Shown here in pieces: positions 60,055 to 64,000 of a stretch of 64,000 nt of DNA. Origin of the DNA: Octopus sinensis (lineage: Eukaryota); the NCBI RefSeq assembly GCF_006345805.1, contig NC_043022.1, positions 6,572,001-6,636,000 on the forward strand, written 5' to 3'. The notes below the pieces were generated by a model, which saw nothing but the letters and a program-made list of their open reading frames with translations, searched no databases and was not told the origin of the DNA. Each line of letters opens with the position of its first letter. The first letter of the stretch is position 1. The translations under genes and the position numbers were made by a program.

Positions 60055-61909
60055 CTGCCAAGAGGAACAAGACAAAAAGAAAAATGCGTAACGATGATAT
60101 ATATGGTAGACCTTTTTACAAGATTTTACTTGTAAAAACAGAGTCATGAAATAACCCCACCACCCATATATCTAATAAACCAATTAAAGAACTCATTGAT
60201 AAAGCTCACTAGGGAAATGAGATGGAAAATTAGTAGCACATTGTTCTCTCTTGAAGTTGGGAAGATATTGATACAGGAAAAAAGAAAAAGTAAAACGTTT
60301 TTACTATCAAGATATCGTTAAAACTAGTTGATTTTTCAGATAATTACAGCATTTAAAGATAACAATGTACAATGGGTAATAAGCCAAGGAACGAGGATCC
60401 TGATGACAATAAAGTATTGTTGTTGAAATCAATGATAAAGAAGTTAACCCGTTTCTAGGATACCAAAGTAACTTAGTGCAGTAAAATCATGAAAATATGG
60501 AAAAACAATAACCCAATAAACAACTTGATCATCTCAAAAACTAAATTATGGAACTATTCTAAGAAGAACCCTCCATTGAATAAGGTATCCCAGGAAGCAC
60601 TGTGCATGACAAAAAGAAAAGCAGGTCAAAATGACCTTGGCTAAAATGCCTTTAATCACATTTACTTTGATCAAGGCTGACTTGGAGTTACAAGAAGACA
60701 AATGAGAAGGCAGACCTGAGTCTAAAAAACAATCAGGAAATGTCTTACTTAAGTGGTTGGGGTCTACAGTTTAATTTCAGTTTGTATGGTGCTCAGTAGA
60801 TATGAGCTAAACTTCTACCTAGATAGTGGAGATGTGTAGCTTAGTGGTTAGGGTGTTGGACCCATGATCGTAAGATTGTGGTTTCAATTCTTGGACCAGG
60901 CAATGTGTTGTGTTCTTGAGCAAAACGCTTCATTTCACATTGCTCCAGTCCACTTAGCTGGTAAAAATGAGTTAATCCTGCAAATGGACTGGCAACTTGT
61001 CCAGGTGACAAATTCATATGCCATAGAAACCAGGACCCCGGCCCTTATGAGTCAGCATGACTTGAGAAGGTAACCACTACCTAGATATCTCACCAGTTGT
61101 CTGAGATATCACTCTCAGACATTCTAGCATCTGGATAAACTGAGGCACATAGAATTAAGAATGCTGGTCAAATGTACAAGAAAATGCTTGCATTGAAATT
61201 GAACTCAGGGTATATGAATTAATAGGCTGATTCTGTATCAACTAGGCCAAAGTTCTTTAACATAGTAATCACAGGAACAGAAAGAGAAATGTGAGGAATA
61301 AGGGAAGGGGGATCAGAAAATAAGTGAAGAATAAGGGGGAGGGGAAAGAGAGGAAGTGAACACTAAAAGAGGGAGAATGAGAAAAAAAAGTGAGGAAAAT
61401 ATTGGCTTCAAATTTTGGCACAAGGCCAGTAATTTTGGGGTAAGTTGACTACATTGACCCTCAGTGCTCAGTTGGTACTTATTTCATCAACCCCGGAAGG
61501 ATGAAAAGCAAAGTCAACCTCGGTGGAATTTGAACTCAGAACGTAAAGACAGACAAAATGCCACTAAGCATTTTGCCCAGCAGGCAAACGATTCTGCTAG
61601 TTTGGTGCCTTAAAAGTGAAGAAAATATTACTTTGCAATAAAGTATGTAAAATGTTAGTTTATCATCAATTTCTACGCAGAGTTTATGATTTTACAGACA
61701 TTGTATTGACCTAACGTTTTCCAAACTGGATATTCTTCTACATGCTGACCATTATCAGAGCCAGCAGAAATTACATATTATCATGCTTCTGGCCTCATAA
61801 TAGTCGACTAACCCATATTTCAAATCCATTTTAATCTGATTATATCAACTTTTAATCATGTCTAGTTTAGTTGCTCTTCCTGTTACTCTGTGCTGCAATA
61901 TCATTTTAA

Positions 61910-62129
61910 CCCTTTCGTTACTGTATTTATTTTGAAATGTTCTGTGTTTCTTTCAATTACTTTAAATATAACAAAGAATTTAATAAAATAACTTAGTTAT
62001 CATTCAGCTTGTGTTAGGGACATAAATTGTGACTAAGGTTTGGTGGAAGATTTTAAATCAAAACTTATGAAAACAAGACATTTGTAGTCAGAGCCAGAGC
62101 CAGTTTCAGCCGGGTTGGTAACGAAAGGG
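61910..62129. mobile_element. piggyBac-like MITE
   Basis: Perfect 12-bp TIR CCCTTTCGTTAC/GTAACGAAAGGG flanked by TTAA. Confidence 0.85.
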
Positions 62130-62377
62130 TTAAATACCTTAGTATGAAATGGTTACAAATCATGGCAAGATGAAAGGGTTTCAAATTTTACAATTTCTGT
62201 GTAGCATAGCAGGACAGTCAAATTACTTTGCACCAGTGTAGCAGCACACTGGTGCTGCATCCCTCCACTCTTTAAAAGCTAGCACAGAGGAATACACATG
62301 AAACTTCTGCCCATGTAATAATGTGTGCTTTCCAAGAGCATTTATTCACTCACTGTCTAAGGGTTGGAATGTTAATA

Positions 62378-62611
62378 CCTATTTCTTTATTACCCACAAG
62401 GGGCTAAACACAGAGCGGACAAACAAGGACAGACATAGGTATTAAGTCGATTACATCAACCCCAGTGCGTAACTGGTACTTAATTTATCGACCCCGAAAG
62501 GATGAAAGGCAAAGTCAACCTTGGCGGAATTTGAACTCACAACGTAACGCAGACGAAATACCGCTAAACATTTCGCCCGGCGTGCTAACGTTTGTGCCAG
62601 CTCACCGCCTT
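62378..62611 (-). mobile_element. SINE family A
   Basis: Near-identical to the other copies; a more diverged relative lies at ~61408-61612. Confidence 0.85.
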
Positions 62612-63249
62612 TTGAAATGTTAATACCAAGTTCCCTTTTGTCACTGCTTTGCTTCATCTCACACAGATGTCGATACTAAACTATCAACGAGCTTGTGGCT
62701 TGTCTAGCTCGACACACTATGGGAATTCTACTTCACCTCACTACCACTTCAAAACTCATTAGATATTTTAGATTTGCAGTCAAGTACCAGAGCTAACTAC
62801 CTTGATGTGTATAAAGGAATTAACTCATTCTCCTACACTCTGTTGTCTTGTACGATTATCTCTGTTGTGCCAGCTATTTCATGTGTGAGCAAAGAATAGA
62901 TGTCGTTACCTTTATGTAAAACATGCATTTATACATTTCAAAGCTTCTTACATACACACAGCTAAATATACTTCCTAAACTGGTAAAGCCCAACTCTTAA
63001 TTGACTTCTTGTTACATCTGCTTCTAATAAAGAAAATTCCTCAGTGAAAAGAATCAGTTTAACACTTGCAAATACAAAAAGTATTATGATCCCAACAAAA
63101 CAAAATTATCAATAGTATCTCAACTATTTGAAGAGGTGCACGTTTTGTCTACAACTGAAAAGAATCAAGTTAGAAATAAAAGAATGCCAAGTTGTTGTCT
63201 TCAGCAAAGAAACACAAATATTATTTTCATTTTCCCAATAAACAGAACT

Positions 63250-63657
63250 CTTTACTCTTTACTCTTTTACTTGTTTCAGTTATTTGACTGCGGCCATGCT
63301 GGAGCACCGCCTTTAATCGAGCAACTCGACCCCGGGACTTATTCTTTTGTAAGCCCAGTACTTATTCTATCGGTCTCTTTTGCCGAACCGCTAAATAACA
63401 GGGACATAAGCACACCAGCATCGGTTGTCAAGCAATGCTAGGGGGACAAACACAGACACACAAACACACATATATATATATATACATATATACGACGGGC
63501 TTCTTTCAGTTTCCATCTACCAAATCCACTCACAAGGCTTCGGTCGACCCAAGGCTATAGTAGAAGACACTTGCCCAAGGTGCCACGCAGTGGGACTGAA
63601 CCCGGAACCATGTGGTTGGTAAACAAGCTACTTACCACACAGCCACTCCTGCGCCTA
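63250..63657 (-). mobile_element. SINE family B
   Basis: Near-identical to 3597-3992. Confidence 0.85.
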
Positions 63658-63797
63658 TTCAGTTTCAGCACTGTTTCAGTTTTTCATCTCCAAATCAGAC
63701 TGAACAATAACAGTTTATATATTTTCCTAGACTAAGAAATAATGATTGCTCTTAATATTTTAGTTCATTTTTCAGAAAGAGAAAAATTGTTTCCTAC

Positions 63798-63871
63798 CTT
63801 GAAGTAACTTTATCTATTTCATTGATATTTTCATTGCAAATCAGATATTTATTGGCATCATTATCAGGACT
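63798..63871 (-). CDS. HMG-box gene exon (74 nt), most upstream in the window
   Basis: Acceptor tttttgaaatatttttag, donor AAG|GTAGGA; the only open frame is SPDNDANKYLICNENINEIDKVTS; phase 0 to 2, matching the 60054 exon. Confidence 0.7.
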
Positions 63872-64000
63872 CTAAAAATATTTCAAAAATAAAAGATTTC
63901 ATGCTCTTATGTTTTTAACAAACTTTACTAATAATAAAACTTTAAATAAATTTTGAATGAACAAAAGAAAATTAATAATTTTATAACAGTGTTGTAAGCA

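Overview
AT-rich, repeat-dense animal genomic DNA. The SINE and RTE families look octopod/cephalopod; this is recognition from memory, and the species cannot be verified. Two spliced genes lie on the minus strand. (1) NSRP1/CCDC55: exons 1-2 at 19494-19513 and 8762-8840 join to give MADAKKRYGLFFSKKQNGFVRGKPSIFGDDSDD; the rest of the gene lies left of the window. (2) An unidentified HMG-box gene entering from the right edge, with phase-compatible exons at 63.8, 60.0, 54.0, (53.9), 38.1, 37.0 and 34.0 kb. Its introns hold an ~8 kb 74-bp satellite, a near-full-length RTE LINE with a PHD finger inside the RT, a 5'-truncated HERO-like RLE retroelement and a 197-bp tandem array. The most notable observation: removing the HERO element and collapsing the 197-bp array reconstructs two further exon-like segments separated by ~55-70-nt mini-introns. 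This suggests exons of the HMG gene were destroyed by retro-insertion and satellite formation. The remainder is SINEs, RTE 3'-end copies, MITEs, Helitrons, a solo LTR, Penelope relics and microsatellites. The many 1-nt homopolymer differences among repeat units suggest some frameshifts may be assembly errors. All calls were made by eye; repeat boundaries are approximate unless a TSD or TIR is quoted.
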